The notes beneath the pieces are model-generated. The model saw nothing but the letters and a program-made list of their open reading frames with translations. It had not been told where the DNA came from and searched no databases. From Paraspadella gotoi (taxonomy: Eukaryota; Animalia; Chaetognatha), in contig CM119271.1 in assembly GCA_051294375.1 (NCBI GenBank), positions 4,783,579-4,847,578 of the forward strand: a DNA stretch of 64,000 nt. The letters run 5' to 3'. How positions within the stretch are numbered: the stretch's first letter is position 1; each line of letters begins with the position of its first letter. This document shows positions 10,156 to 21,632 of the stretch, one piece after another. Position numbers and translations under genes: made by a program.

Positions 10156-13100
10156 TTATTTATCGATCAAGTGCTGCTTCGCGTACTCCCACATCAAAAT
10201 TGCACCGCTAACGTGAACGTTGAGAGAACGGACGACGCCGCATTGAGGGATTTCTACGCAGGCGTCGATAAGGGCGTTTCCGGCGGCTAGCATTTTGGCA
10301 GGAACACCTAGTCTCTCGTTTCCAAGCAACAAGGCCATCTTCCGTGGTAACGAATAGGTTGATAAAGGAACGCTGCGTTCTGACTGTTCCAGAGCGACTG
10401 AAAAGTAATAAAATGTACTCATAGTTTCTAAAATCAGCGTAAAAATAACACTGAAGTAACTTAAACATACCAATCTTGAAGCCTCTCTTCAGCTTAAGGA
10501 TTTCCAAGTAATCCCACAAATCTTTGACCGAAACTTCGGTGACCCTCAGCCATTTTTCCGAGGTGACGCTGAGATTTTGGAATTCCTTGTTGTCTAATAT
10601 TTTTCGATTGGACACGACCAACTCTACGACGCCGAAAATTTCCGCCGTTCTGAAATTATAAACAATTCAAAGATTACGTATCTACATTGTAAATGGAATA
10701 TTAAAATTATATGAACATGAATTTTACCATAAGTCAGAATACAAAGCACCTGCAAAGTCCGCCGAGGTTGGGGATTTTATCGAGCAGCGTCGCGACTAGA
10801 ACGAGTCCACAATCTTCGACATTCACCTCCGCTTTTCGCTTCGAACCGGCATCCTGTTCCAGCCCCGCCACGAGTGGCGAAGACGTAGGTGTGATTTTTT
10901 TCTGGACGTTAAATACGCCGCCTTCATCGTCGTTGTCGAAATCGTCGAGGGCGCGAGGAAGGCGTTTGAGACGAAGCGATTCGCAAGCAACGATAACCGT
11001 TTCCGGATCGGAGATGGGGAAAAATGACTGCGACATTGAACCTTTCTCGTCCCCACCCATCGACTCTTCAGCCGCCCGAAACTCCTCGACCCGGATCCAT
11101 TCCTCGTCCGTGACGTCGGCAATTCGGGGCAACGTCTGGAACAACGTCTCCAAAGTCAAATCCTCCAACGGGCGAAACCCGCGAAAGACGAAAAGATCTT
11201 CGACGAAGTGGCTACTCTTCTTGAGCCCGTCGCCGCGGTCGGCGTTGAAAGCGACGACGGCGTCGAGGATGCGAAACCTCGCCGACTCTTCGGCCGAGAG
11301 GCGCAGTGCGACGATGGGCCAGACGACGGCCAGCGCGGAGATGGCATAAGCGCGAGTCATGAAGTGTTGCGAGGTCGTTAGAGGAACGATGAGCGGGAAG
11401 AGGATGTCGGCAAGTCGGACAAAGAGCCCCTCGGTCGACGGCGAGATACTGTCGGCGCCGACAATAATCATGACGATCACGTCCAACAACGAACTTAAAC
11501 TTCCGACTCGTTTCGTCGGAAGGGAGCGAAAGGCGGAAACTAATGGCGCCAAATCCTCGTCTAAAGAGTTGACGTCTTTGGCCAAATTGTTTTCGCCAAG
11601 GCATTTTAATCGATCGCAAAGGATCCGCGCGATCATCCACTCTATCATAAAGCGAACTGAAACGGGAAGATTGACTCCTAAAGCAGAAAGGCAATGGTTT
11701 AGTAACCTCTGCTGAGTAGACCCGTCGCGAAGTAGCGCCGTTTGCGTCAATGTCAGAGATTGCCATGCCCGGTGATTGCGTCGATGCAGGAAAGAGTTTG
11801 CGTAGTGAGCACCTCGGCGATTTCCGTCAGAGGCGTCGGAGGAGAGGAGAATTTCATTTAGAAGGCGAAAAAAATCCAAGTAATTGGAGGATGAAGTTTC
11901 GTGGATGTAACCGTCTTTCAAAAATCTCCGAATTAACTTAACGAGAAAGACAACTGCGTGCATCCTGACCGAAGAATGAGAGAGCGGAAGTCCGTTCATA
12001 ATGGAAACAAAATTCGATCTTCCATCGGCGGTCCGTATACCACCAAGATATTTGACCGTGTCGGTCAAGTTTCGAGTGAACTTGTGATGCACAGGTCCGA
12101 ACAAGAGCAGGTCGCGAACAACGTCGGCCCAATGTATTAACGATCGCCACGCCTCCTCAGGGCGAGACTCCAACGCATAACTCCAAGTCGCAAAAAGCTT
12201 TTTCGCCAAAACGGGCGCGAGTCCGACTCGCGAGTCTGAAAGACTGAAAATTTTCGCGACCATTTCACGCAGTTTTCGATCGACACACTCGTCGTTGGAA
12301 AGAAGAAAGTCAGGGTCAAAAACAACGTCGACAAACGTTTCATACAACGACCAGAAACCGTCTTCGTTGTAAAATTCCTCTAAGAGTGAGAGCATCTTAG
12401 AGAAGCATCTTTCGACGAGGTCGTCGTCGGGAAGAGGCAGTCGCGAGGCGATCTTTCCCAAACGGCGGAAGAGATCGCGACACGAATCGAGTTTGACCAA
12501 ATCGGCGACTTGGAGAATCAACTCGCAATCCTCTCTCGCCCTTTCATCGTCGAAAAGTTCTTTGCGACGTCGCAGAATACTCCAAACGTTGCCAAGATGA
12601 AAAACCCTCAAAGGGGTCCATTTTTCATTAGCCAAACCCATCGGACAATCGAGCGGGGAGAGGAGTAAAACTTGAGGTTTTAAAACCATTCGTTCCATCA
12701 AAGAATTTGATTCCCGTTGATTTTCATAAATAATTGACCAAAAATTAACGGCACTTACTCCAACGAGGGCGTCCATAGAGCTCTTCGGTGACGCTAAGAG
12801 TTCGCACCCAAGATAGCGCATCGCGTCCAGCGCCCCTCGACTCTCGGAATCCGCGCCAAGAATCAACTGATCCGCGATTCGACGGTACAGCACCAACTCT
12901 GAGAGTCGGACGGTATCCACACAAGAAAGGAACTCTCGAAATCGGCGAAGGATAAAGTGAATAAAGTTAACTGCCATGGGTTTGAAGAGATCGTTGTAAA
13001 AATAGTTCATAAGTTTGTGAGGCAGAAAAATTTCCGCGTTCTGGGAGGCATCCCTCTTTAGAAACTCGGAAAAAGCGGAAACGACGGACAGAGAACCGAA

Positions 13101-15360
13101 TACCTTATCTTCTGAAAGGTAAGGGCGACGGAAAGCCTCTGCCGCCGCCTCCGTCCACTTTTTCATCTTTTCGATTCCCCACCCTGTGATTTTCTCGCGC
13201 TCGAGCGAAGAGTCAGAGCGCTCAGCCAAAGCAGCGGTGAAGACGAACCATTCGACGATCAGTCGCGCCGAATCTCGATCCAACTCTTCGATTTCCACCT
13301 CATCCAACTGCGCGACGGATCGAGTGACAAAAGAGTCCAACGAATTTGTAGATGCGTTTTCTTCCACCGAAGATTCGTTATCCTTTAACAGCCATAGAAA
13401 GAACCTGGTTTTCAAGTATGTTGCGTTTTGAACGTCTTCCTCTCGTCGAAGCATGTGGTCCATGAGTTTAAAGACGATCGAGGGTGAGATCAAAGATAAA
13501 TCCACCGCCTTATCCAGCATTTCGACGAAGAACGCTTTGATGGGTCTCTGGCACGCGGGGGAGTAGAAGGCCACGTTTTGAGCGACAATATCGCGGACGG
13601 CTTCGATCACCTCGGCACCGCAGGATCGAAATTGCGGAATCTCGGAAAGCGCCTCTGCCACGTAGACCAGTTGAATCTGACCCCACCTAAGAGGAATCGA
13701 AATATTTTTATTTTCAGCATCAGCAAAACATAATTTAGTACATAGCCTTTAGAATCAAATTGGTCTCTTACCTCAACGACTTAACTGCCTCTAGAAAACG
13801 AAACAAAAACTCCGGCCTCTTCGCCATCGCAGTCACAAATTCCGCCAGGGCGGCCGCGACGGGCGGTCGCTCGCCGGGCGCGAACGACTCGAGTGCGTCG
13901 TCCTCCTCGCATCCCCAACGCGAGAAGGAGTTTTCCCTATTCAGCGCCGACAACAAATCATCGGCCAAGAACGAAGCGGCATCCGGCGTCGAAATTAAAT
14001 TTCCCGCCGCGCCATCGTGCCGTCGGGGCAACGAGAGCGCCGTAGTTAACGCCCACCGCGCCACGCTGCGGCTCTCGTGCGCGAAGCCCCGACGCAAGAT
14101 GGCGCGAATCCAAACGCCGTCGGCCGACTCGGCGGTGGCAAAAGAGACGACGTCGTCGAATCGAGGCAACACGGGTTTGATTACGTGCAGCTGCTTTTCC
14201 TCCAATACTTCAAAAAGGGCGGAAAGAAGATGGCCGAAACGGAGCCAGGCACTCCGCGAAGCCGGATCTGCGGGGAGGCGAAAGCGGACGTTACCGCCAT
14301 CGATGACGCGGCTTTCGCTCGCGCTCATCACTTCCAACGTTTTCGCTAACAGATATCTTCCGCGCTTTCGAGCCGACGACCGGCTATGAGTCAGACCCGT
14401 CAGGATTAAATTCCAAAACTCCGTGGAATGAGGGAGCCGAGACGCAAGCGCATGGCGCCAAACTAAACAAGCGACGCCAAGGGCCGTTTCCGTTTTAAAA
14501 CCATAGCGCGGGTGTCCCTCGGAGGAGCGAGAGAGTTCGAGGATGACGTTCCAGACGGAGCTCAATTTAACGGCGAAAGCAGCGTCGTTTTTAGATTCGA
14601 CGGCGACATCTAAATCGCCGACGACAATTGAAGACGTCAACGCGAGAATTTTTTCCTCTGTTCCAGATTCGATCTCAATATTTTTCAAGTGGTCAAGCGC
14701 GCCGTCGAAAATGGCCGCGACGACTTTGTCGGGAATGGATCGTCGACTTGAATCGAGACTCCATACGTGGCGGACGAAAGAGAGGAAGGCGTCTGAAGGC
14801 GGGGGCGCTGTGGCGGCAAAGCATCGAGTGAGGGGAGAAAAGAATTCGAGTTTGGAATCCAAACTGAGAATAGAGAAGCAGTCGACGGTGAGTTCGGCCA
14901 AGCGCCGAATTAAAGGTTCCAAATCGTCGGCTTCACCGGGCGAACAAGCGTTATCTTCTTGGTCCCGCGATTCTCCGAAAAATTCGGCGTCGTTTTTTAA
15001 GCGAGCATGGGATTCAATAAGTCCAAAAGGTTTAAGGCAACAGGAATTGATAATCGTTAGCGAAAGTTCGGAGAGCCAGTTCGATGGTGAATCCGCAGTT
15101 GACGCGTCGCCATCGATCTTAGAATCCTCCCTCCGCCGAGACAATTCGACGAAGGCACTGAAAGTCTTGCGGCAGCGGAAAATGAAGGCGGAAAATCGTT
15201 TCGTGGTCGACGACAGCGACGAAAGGAAAAAAAGTTCGAAGGGGCGAGAGTCATCGGCAATTCTGGCGGCGACGCAGCACGCCGTCTTTTCTGGACCGTC
15301 GAGAGTCACAAAACGAAGAAGAAAATCGAGCAAGACTTCGTCGTCTTCGTCGTCCATCAT
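10156..15360 (-). CDS. TARBP1: TARBP1/Trm3 tRNA (guanosine-18 2'-O) SpoU methyltransferase, 4 exons (15360-13772, 13686-10750, 10649-10471, 10397-10156)
   Basis: Long helical N-terminus (ARKRGRYLL, LEEKQLHVIKPVL). C-terminal SPOUT motifs DKIPNLGGLCRTAEIFG, LSVTSEKW, LLLGNERLGVP, VEIPQCGVVRSLNVHVSGAILMWEY. Confidence 0.92.
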
Positions 15361-15946
15361 TTTAAATATTTGGTCGGTATCTGTCGGGATAAGATAATGA
15401 CCATAAAGCTCTATTTAACGAAATTAAATTTAAATAAGGCATATTTATATTGAAAAGGGTATGGCACTCTTATCGAAATTTTTTTGGTCTGTTTATGTAC
15501 ATAAAAGCGAAAGCCTTCGGCATTCTAGCAAATCATCCAAAATATTTCGGGTCGAGGATTTCGTTTTAATTTTTACATCATCTTGGCATGAAACGAATGA
15601 TGATGATGATGATAGCAAAGCTTTAAGATTCTTGTGTTGATGCTGCCACATTCTCTCTATATTTGTAACTACTCAAAAAATCTCCAGCGTTTAATTGCCC
15701 TCGTGTTTAGAAAAACCCCAAAAATACCAAGTGAAATTCTTAGACCCAGTATGCACAAAAAAAATTCAAAAGCGAAGTACAATCATAGAAATAACTCATC
15801 ATTTTCATCACAAAACCTTAATTCCTAGTAAGAAAAATGAACGAATTCCCAATTGTCACGACAAGCTAAAATTAAAAGTAAATTCCCTTCTCTTTCATTC
15901 TTTTTCTTTTTTTCATTCCTTCCTTTTTTTTGTTCTTCAACTCACT

Positions 15947-15949
<3 letters not shown>

Positions 15950-15998
<49 letters not shown>
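15950..15998. repeat. (CT)n/(AG)n microsatellite at the start of the GPS1 3' UTR
   Basis: About 21 perfect CT units plus a short imperfect tail, abutting the stop codon. Confidence 0.95.
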
Positions 15999-15999
<1 letters not shown>

Positions 16000-17538
16000 A
16001 ATTTCTCGAAGTTGACGTGCTCAAATTTCCGGTGCTGCCAGAAGAGGGCGTGATCGCCGCCTCCGTGCCACCCCCGGCCCCGCCAACGTCCCTGGGTGGA
16101 CTCTGCACGTGCACGTTGCTCTTGAGGACGGCGGATCTCAGGATGAGTGCCCGAGTGCGGCGGGCGTAGTCACCTCCCATCTGCAGAGCCTTCTCGTAGG
16201 TGGAGCACCGTTGGTCGGCGTCCTTGGCCAAAAGGATTTTGTTGTGGGAGTCGATGCGCGCCGAGATCTGCCCGTCGAGGATGAGAGTCATGAGTTCGTC
16301 CTCGAGCGCGCGGACGGTCGTGTTGAAAGCCTGCGCCATTTTCGACATGTCGGCCGAGAGATAGGGCGAAAAGTACTGGGTCAGGGCGCGGTTGCGGATA
16401 GCTTTGTAGAGGCCGGCCACATGGGGAGCCAGGTACATGTCGAGCAACAGATTATCGCGGATCTCCTCCAAGTAGCGTAAGCAGGATGCATATCTAAGTT
16501 AAAATTATGATGTTTATTATTTGAAATTTATTTTACAAACCCACACTGTCCGTACTTTGACTCGTAAAACTTGTGAATAATCTCGCGGAGATGGGGGTCA
16601 AGTTCGAGGAAGAGTTTGAAGGTGGAGTTAGAGATGACGTTCTTCTTCAGCTCCTGTCGATCAAACGACGCCAGAGCGCATAATCCTCCGTAGGCGGCGA
16701 CGTTGTTGGGCGAAAGGAGCTCGGGGAAGTCGCAATGGTCGATGTTGGCCTGGAGGAAATACTTGGCGGCCGACTTGTATTTGTGAGTGGCCAGCTCGGC
16801 AAGGCCCGCGGCGCAGCGGAGTTTGGTCAGGATGGCCAAGTTGGACTCTTTGCCGTGGTGCTCGGAAATCTCAGGGAGGGCCTCAGCCTTGTTGACGTAA
16901 GTCAGCACATGAGACCAGTTCTGCAAGTAGACAGACACCTTGATGACGTTGAGGCACATGTTGACGACGTGCTTGGCCGACGTACAGTAGTCGCGAGCGC
17001 GAGAATAGCACTTGAGCGCGTTTGATAGGTCGCCCATGTCCAGGTAGTGGTCGCCCAGGTCATCGTGCCCTCGACGGATGCTCTCCTTGATGGAGTTGGC
17101 CTTGTAGTTTTTCAGATCTGTGTCGAGCTTCTCCAGTTTTAGCGCCGCCTTCTTGGCCGTCGACTCCATCCATTGCTGATCAAGGGAAGGGATGTTGTGG
17201 ACTATACCCGCCAGGCCTGAAGGGAGAACCGAGCTCTGCGCAGTCTCTTGAAACTTTCGGTGGATGTGTTGGTACATGGTGGTGTTGTAGGTGGTCTGAA
17301 CATAACTGAGGGCCAGTTTCAAGGCCTCGTGCTTGAGGGCGGGGCAATGGTCGGCGACGAAGATAAGCCGGTTGAGTTTGGCCAGACCTTTAAAACTGGA
17401 GATGACGCTCTCCAGATCCAGGGTGGGGTTCTCCACCACAAAAGGCGTCTCCTGGTCCTGAACCAGGTTCTCATTCTCCTCGCTCGGCACAATGTCCACC
17501 TGCATCGGCTCTAGCCCTTGAAAATAAGTTCCCGGCAT
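15998..17538 (-). CDS. GPS1: COP9 signalosome subunit 1, 2 exons (17538-16556, 16493-15998)
   Basis: [43 protein letters not shown]. Removing the 62-nt intron restores FYESKYASCL. PCI domain [13 protein letters not shown]...[10 protein letters not shown]. Confidence 0.96.
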
Positions 17539-18059
17539 ATCTCGCGCTCGCGCCGGTTGAATCGAGTCAAAATTTACGTACAAATACAAATCGTGACGGG
17601 AAATCTAATAAGAAAGAGCGAAGTTGACAAATTTAGGTGCGAGCACAAAACGATAAGCTTCGCCTGATTGGTTTAGTTTTTTATTTTGATTTCTTTTCAC
17701 CCTTTGCGTATCAATATAAATGCAAAAAAATAACAAATATGAACGGAATTTCACGACAAAACGAGTAAAAATGAAAAAAAAAGAAAAAAAATATTATTAA
17801 ATCCCTTGTAAGGAAATTCCTAGGTGTAACTCCAACTAACTTAATTACTTAAAAATATTTTATGGTAAGTATGATACATTATACATCTCTCTGGACTCAG
17901 AACAAAAACGTTCGCAATCGAAGATAAGCGATCATTTCTAAAGTCCTCAACAGTCAGCATCCAATACGAAGTTACGTCAGAACTTCATCGTTTTTTAAAT
18001 TAGATCGCTGTCGCGGAAGAAAAGTAGGTAAATTGGGCGAGGACGAAAGCAGAGGGCGC

Positions 18060-19531
18060 TCAGAAGAAATCTTCGACGTAAGGAGCGTTACCAACTCCGC
18101 CCATCAAAGCCATTGACCAGTTCTCTCTCTTCTTCTGCAGTTTTTTTGCGACGGATACGACGTCGCTTTTGGTAACTTTTTCCACCTCGAATGCCATTCC
18201 CAGAGGTTCGGGAATTTGCTGAAGAGATAAAAAGGAAACGGATTCATTGTATTTTATAATTTAGTTCACGTTAATGTTTTACCCCCAACTCAACATTCCA
18301 CAATCCACAGAAAACATACCTGCGTCTCCACCATCTCCACTACCATGGACTTTCCCAAATCCCCGACGACCTCGGCGTTCATCGCGACCTCGGCCTTGAC
18401 CTGACGAATGGCCCTCTCCACGTCTTCGTCTGAAATATCCCCCTCTCCGGCACGGAAAGCCTCCGCCAATGCCGCCTCGATCACGGCGTGGGCGCAATCC
18501 GCCCGGGCGAACACGTTGACGCCGATAAGCCCGGCGTCGGAGTAGGCGGCTGCGAAAGCCGAAGAAACGGCATTGGCTTCCCCACCGGCCGCCTTTGTCA
18601 CGGCGACATGAAGACGCGAAGACGTCGTGTTGGACGAATATTTGGAATGCGGCGCCCCGCCAAGAATTTTGGCCAGAACGGCGCAGGCCGCGGCTTCCCG
18701 GGAAGACTTGGGCGCGCCCTCAGCCACCATCGAAGCGCGGATGGTTTGACCGCCGTCCTCGTGGCGAAGTTCCCGCCCGCCGTAAAACTTTGACGGCGTC
18801 GTTGACGGCGCCGGTTTGCTCCTCGAACCGTCGAAGAAGTTGACGACGAGATTGGCGAGCTCGTCGTGGTCGACGCCCAAACCCAGCACGGCCGTGCGGT
18901 CGACGGTAAAGTTCTCGTCGACGAAATCGATGAGGATCCCGTTGAGCAGCTTGTCGACGAGCTGCGGGGCGCAGTAGATGGATCGTCCCAAACCTTCGTC
19001 GCGAAAGGCTGCTTCATGAGCCAACTCGACGAGCTGACCGCCGAAGTTTTGTCGTCGGTAGTGCTCGAGATCGAGCCTTAAGCGATTGTGGGAATTCTCC
19101 ACCTCCCAAGGTTTGAACACCTGATGCGTGGCGACCTGGCCCAAGCAGGACAAGCCCTTTTCTAGCTGATTACGAGTGGTCTGCAGGTGATAGATGGTCT
19201 CCTCGCGCGTGGAGATCGTTTCCAGGTTGGAGCCACAGAGATCGAGCACGCGCGAGATACCGAACCCCGTGGCGTCGAGGGTGCCGATGTTGGACATAAC
19301 GCGGACGGCGTGGCTGGCCCCGCGCTCGTGCCCTTTCTCGTGGCGCGATCCGGCGCCGACGGCGACGAAGACGTGACAAACGGGGGCGTAAGTCTCGATG
19401 GAACCGACGAGAAATCCGTTTGCCACTTTAGAGATTTGCGGCGCCTGAGACTCGATGGGCTTTGCTTTGGCGGGGACAACGTAGCCCCGAGCCAGACGGC
19501 GCAAGGGCGGCGTGAAGCGGCGCCACGACAT
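18060..19531 (-). CDS. UQCRC2: Cytochrome bc1 complex core protein 2 (M16-family), 2 exons (19531-18320, 18218-18060)
   Basis: Mitochondrial presequence, GAGSRHE, GASHAVR (no HxxEH), FKPWEV, AAFRDEGLGRSIYC, YSDAGLIGV. Exon 2 ends GGVGNAPYVEDFF. Confidence 0.88.
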
Positions 19532-19749
19532 TATTTTTTCTTGTTCAATCTGATTTAAAAAACTATTTCAAAAAACAATGAGACGAAAACTTACTTTTCA
19601 ATAGTTATGATTAGAAATATAACCAAATGTAACAATTTAACCCGAACAACAAAAAAGTCTTAATGTTAAATTTTTGAAACTGTTTTTTCTCCCCCTAAAA
19701 TTCAGGCGGACACGAGAGGCGACGTCGGCGACTTCCCCACAGTTTAAAT

Positions 19750-20800
19750 CTATTTGCCCTTCTTGGCTTTGAGCTTGCGCATGTAAAACTCCAGCTCCTT
19801 GCCCTCGAGAATGTAGCCGTCGGCGCGACCGACTTGGCCCGGGCGGGAGGAGATCGCCGCGAGAATGCGACCCGTTTGAAACAACTCCTCGAGCGCCGGG
19901 TCGACCTGTAAGGAGTTAAAAAACATGCTCGAGTATTCGTTGCGACAATCTGATTTAAAGTTTTTGGATTTGGGCTCACCTTGGCGGTTTTTCGCCTGTC
20001 ATCGTATTTCTTCTGCGATTTCTTCGATCTCTTCTTGTTGAAGAGAGCCTCGTCGGCTTCGCTCAGTTTCGAGCCCTGAACAATATGGTTCGATTTATTC
20101 GGAGACAAGACAAGACAAGACAAGACAAGACAAGACAAGACAAGACAAGACAAGACAAGACAAGACAAGACAAGACAAGACGAATCCCTTTTCTTTGCAA
20201 CTTCTAACTTCTATTGATCATCACCTTCTTCCTCCCGAGAGGCAGGGCATAGTGAGCCTCGTACCACTGGCGAAAGGGCGTGGCGTCAACGGAAATGATG
20301 GCATTCTTTACGAGGGTCTTGGTCCTGACCAACTCGTTGTTGCTCGCGTTGTAGACGGTGTCGATGATTCGAGCCTTGCGGGAGATCGCCTCCGATCCCC
20401 AAGAGAAGTTGCCGGTGTCTAATCTAGAGACGTGAAATGAAATGTGTTATTGTTCAGCGACAATGCGACATTCACCTCGAGTAGCAGGCCATTTTTTAAA
20501 AAAATTGGTTTGCAGAAATATAATCGCAAATGACACAATTTGTTTAAGACAAAAGAAATTGCGTTTTGACTTTTTTAACTTGAATCCTCTCCCACCTTCA
20601 AACACATCGGTCTAAGCCCAATACCTAAGAGCCCTTCGTTTGATGTTTCCGCCCCTGACTCGCACCAAGTGGACGCGATAAGAACCGATCTTGGTCATGG
20701 AAGCCGGGCGACCCAACTCGTACTTTCTCTTCTTTTTGTAGGTGGGGCGCTTCCCGCCCGTCTTTCTCTTTTTGTGCCATTTCGCCTGAGAAATTCCCAT
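19750..20800 (-). CDS. RPS8: 40S ribosomal protein S8 (eS8), 4 exons (20800-20625, 20423-20225, 20075-19980, 19905-19750)
   Basis: [71 protein letters not shown]. Confidence 0.97.
20103..20182. repeat. (GACAA)n pentanucleotide microsatellite in RPS8 intron 2
   Basis: About 16 tandem GACAA units. They produce the spurious SCLVL repeat ORF. Confidence 0.95.
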
Positions 20801-20989
20801 TTTCTCTTTTACAAAAAAATCAAAAACCCCTGGAATTAAAGAACGGTGAAAAAAAAAATAACAATAATAATCAGTCAAAAATAAACATTAACAAACAATA
20901 GAGACCATTTTGAAAGAAAAATTAAACACCATCCATTATCAATTAGAAAGACTAGTTTATTAATTTGCGATTCGTCCACCGCTTTCTTC

Positions 20990-21454
20990 TTATCCGTCCC
21001 CGTCTTCCTCGATGCAACCGTCGACGAGCCGCTTGAGCGCCTCGTTCTCCATGGCGGCGGCGACGCGCTCCTTGTCATTGATTTGCTTGTTGACGTCGTC
21101 CTCGGTGTCGTGGGATCCCGGGCGGACAAAAACGTCGACTTTGTGGCGTCGCCCGAAGTAATTAGAGATCTTGGTGCGGATGCAGAGGCCGATGAGGGCG
21201 GCGAGGGAGCAGTGGGGTACGGTGGGGGAGAAGGCGACGCGAACCCGTAAGGATTCGTCGTCGTCGCCGTCTGGGTGGGAGAGTTTCCTGCGCTGGACGG
21301 CAACGCTACCCTCGTCGACGACGCCCAGATCCTCGAGCGTCTGCGGCTTCTCGGGGTCGCGAATGTCACGGATCACGTCGTAGATTTCCATGGCAAAATC
21401 GGCGAGGGATTCGGGAGTCGCGTCGGCGAGGTCGTCCTCGTCATTGTCCATCAT
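20990..21454 (-). CDS. CIAO2A: MIP18/FAM96 family cytosolic Fe-S assembly component, CIAO2A-like
   Basis: IYDVIRDIRDPEKPQTLEDL, FSPTVPHCSLAALIGLCIR, NKQINDKERVAAAMEN. The PEKP, HCSLA and KQIND variants are the 2A type. Confidence 0.9.
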   Translation of the reverse strand: MMDNDEDDLADATPESLADFAMEIYDVIRDIRDPEKPQTLEDLGVVDEGSVAVQRRKLSHPDGDDDESLRVRVAFSPTVPHCSLAALIGLCIRTKISNYFGRRHKVDVFVRPGSHDTEDDVNKQINDKERVAAAMENEALKRLVDGCIEEDGDG

Positions 21455-21632
21455 GAACGCTTGCGGGGAAACCCAGTCCGAACGATTATCATTATCATAT
21501 TCGACTTTGGATTAAAAATTTTCTGTAAGGCCACCTAAGGAAAACAATTTCCAAAATATTTCAACGATTTCAAAAATATAACAACCGCAAAGAGTAAGAT
21601 GGGAACTCGGCACTCAAGTTTAATGACAACAA

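Noticed and set aside
14543-15397. Long plus-strand ORFs, such as this 284-aa one and the Ser-rich ORFs opposite NOC2L, BRPF1 and NEMF
   Set aside because: They are antisense shadows of GC-rich or acidic minus-strand exons and have no recognisable domains.
19695-20168. 157-aa ORF with SCLVL repeats
   Set aside because: It is a read-through of the (GACAA)n intron repeat into RPS8 exons.
20076-20624. Intronic snoRNAs in RPS8
   Set aside because: GTGATGA overlaps the intron 2 donor, but there is no properly placed CTGA box D or terminal stem. Much of that intron is microsatellite.
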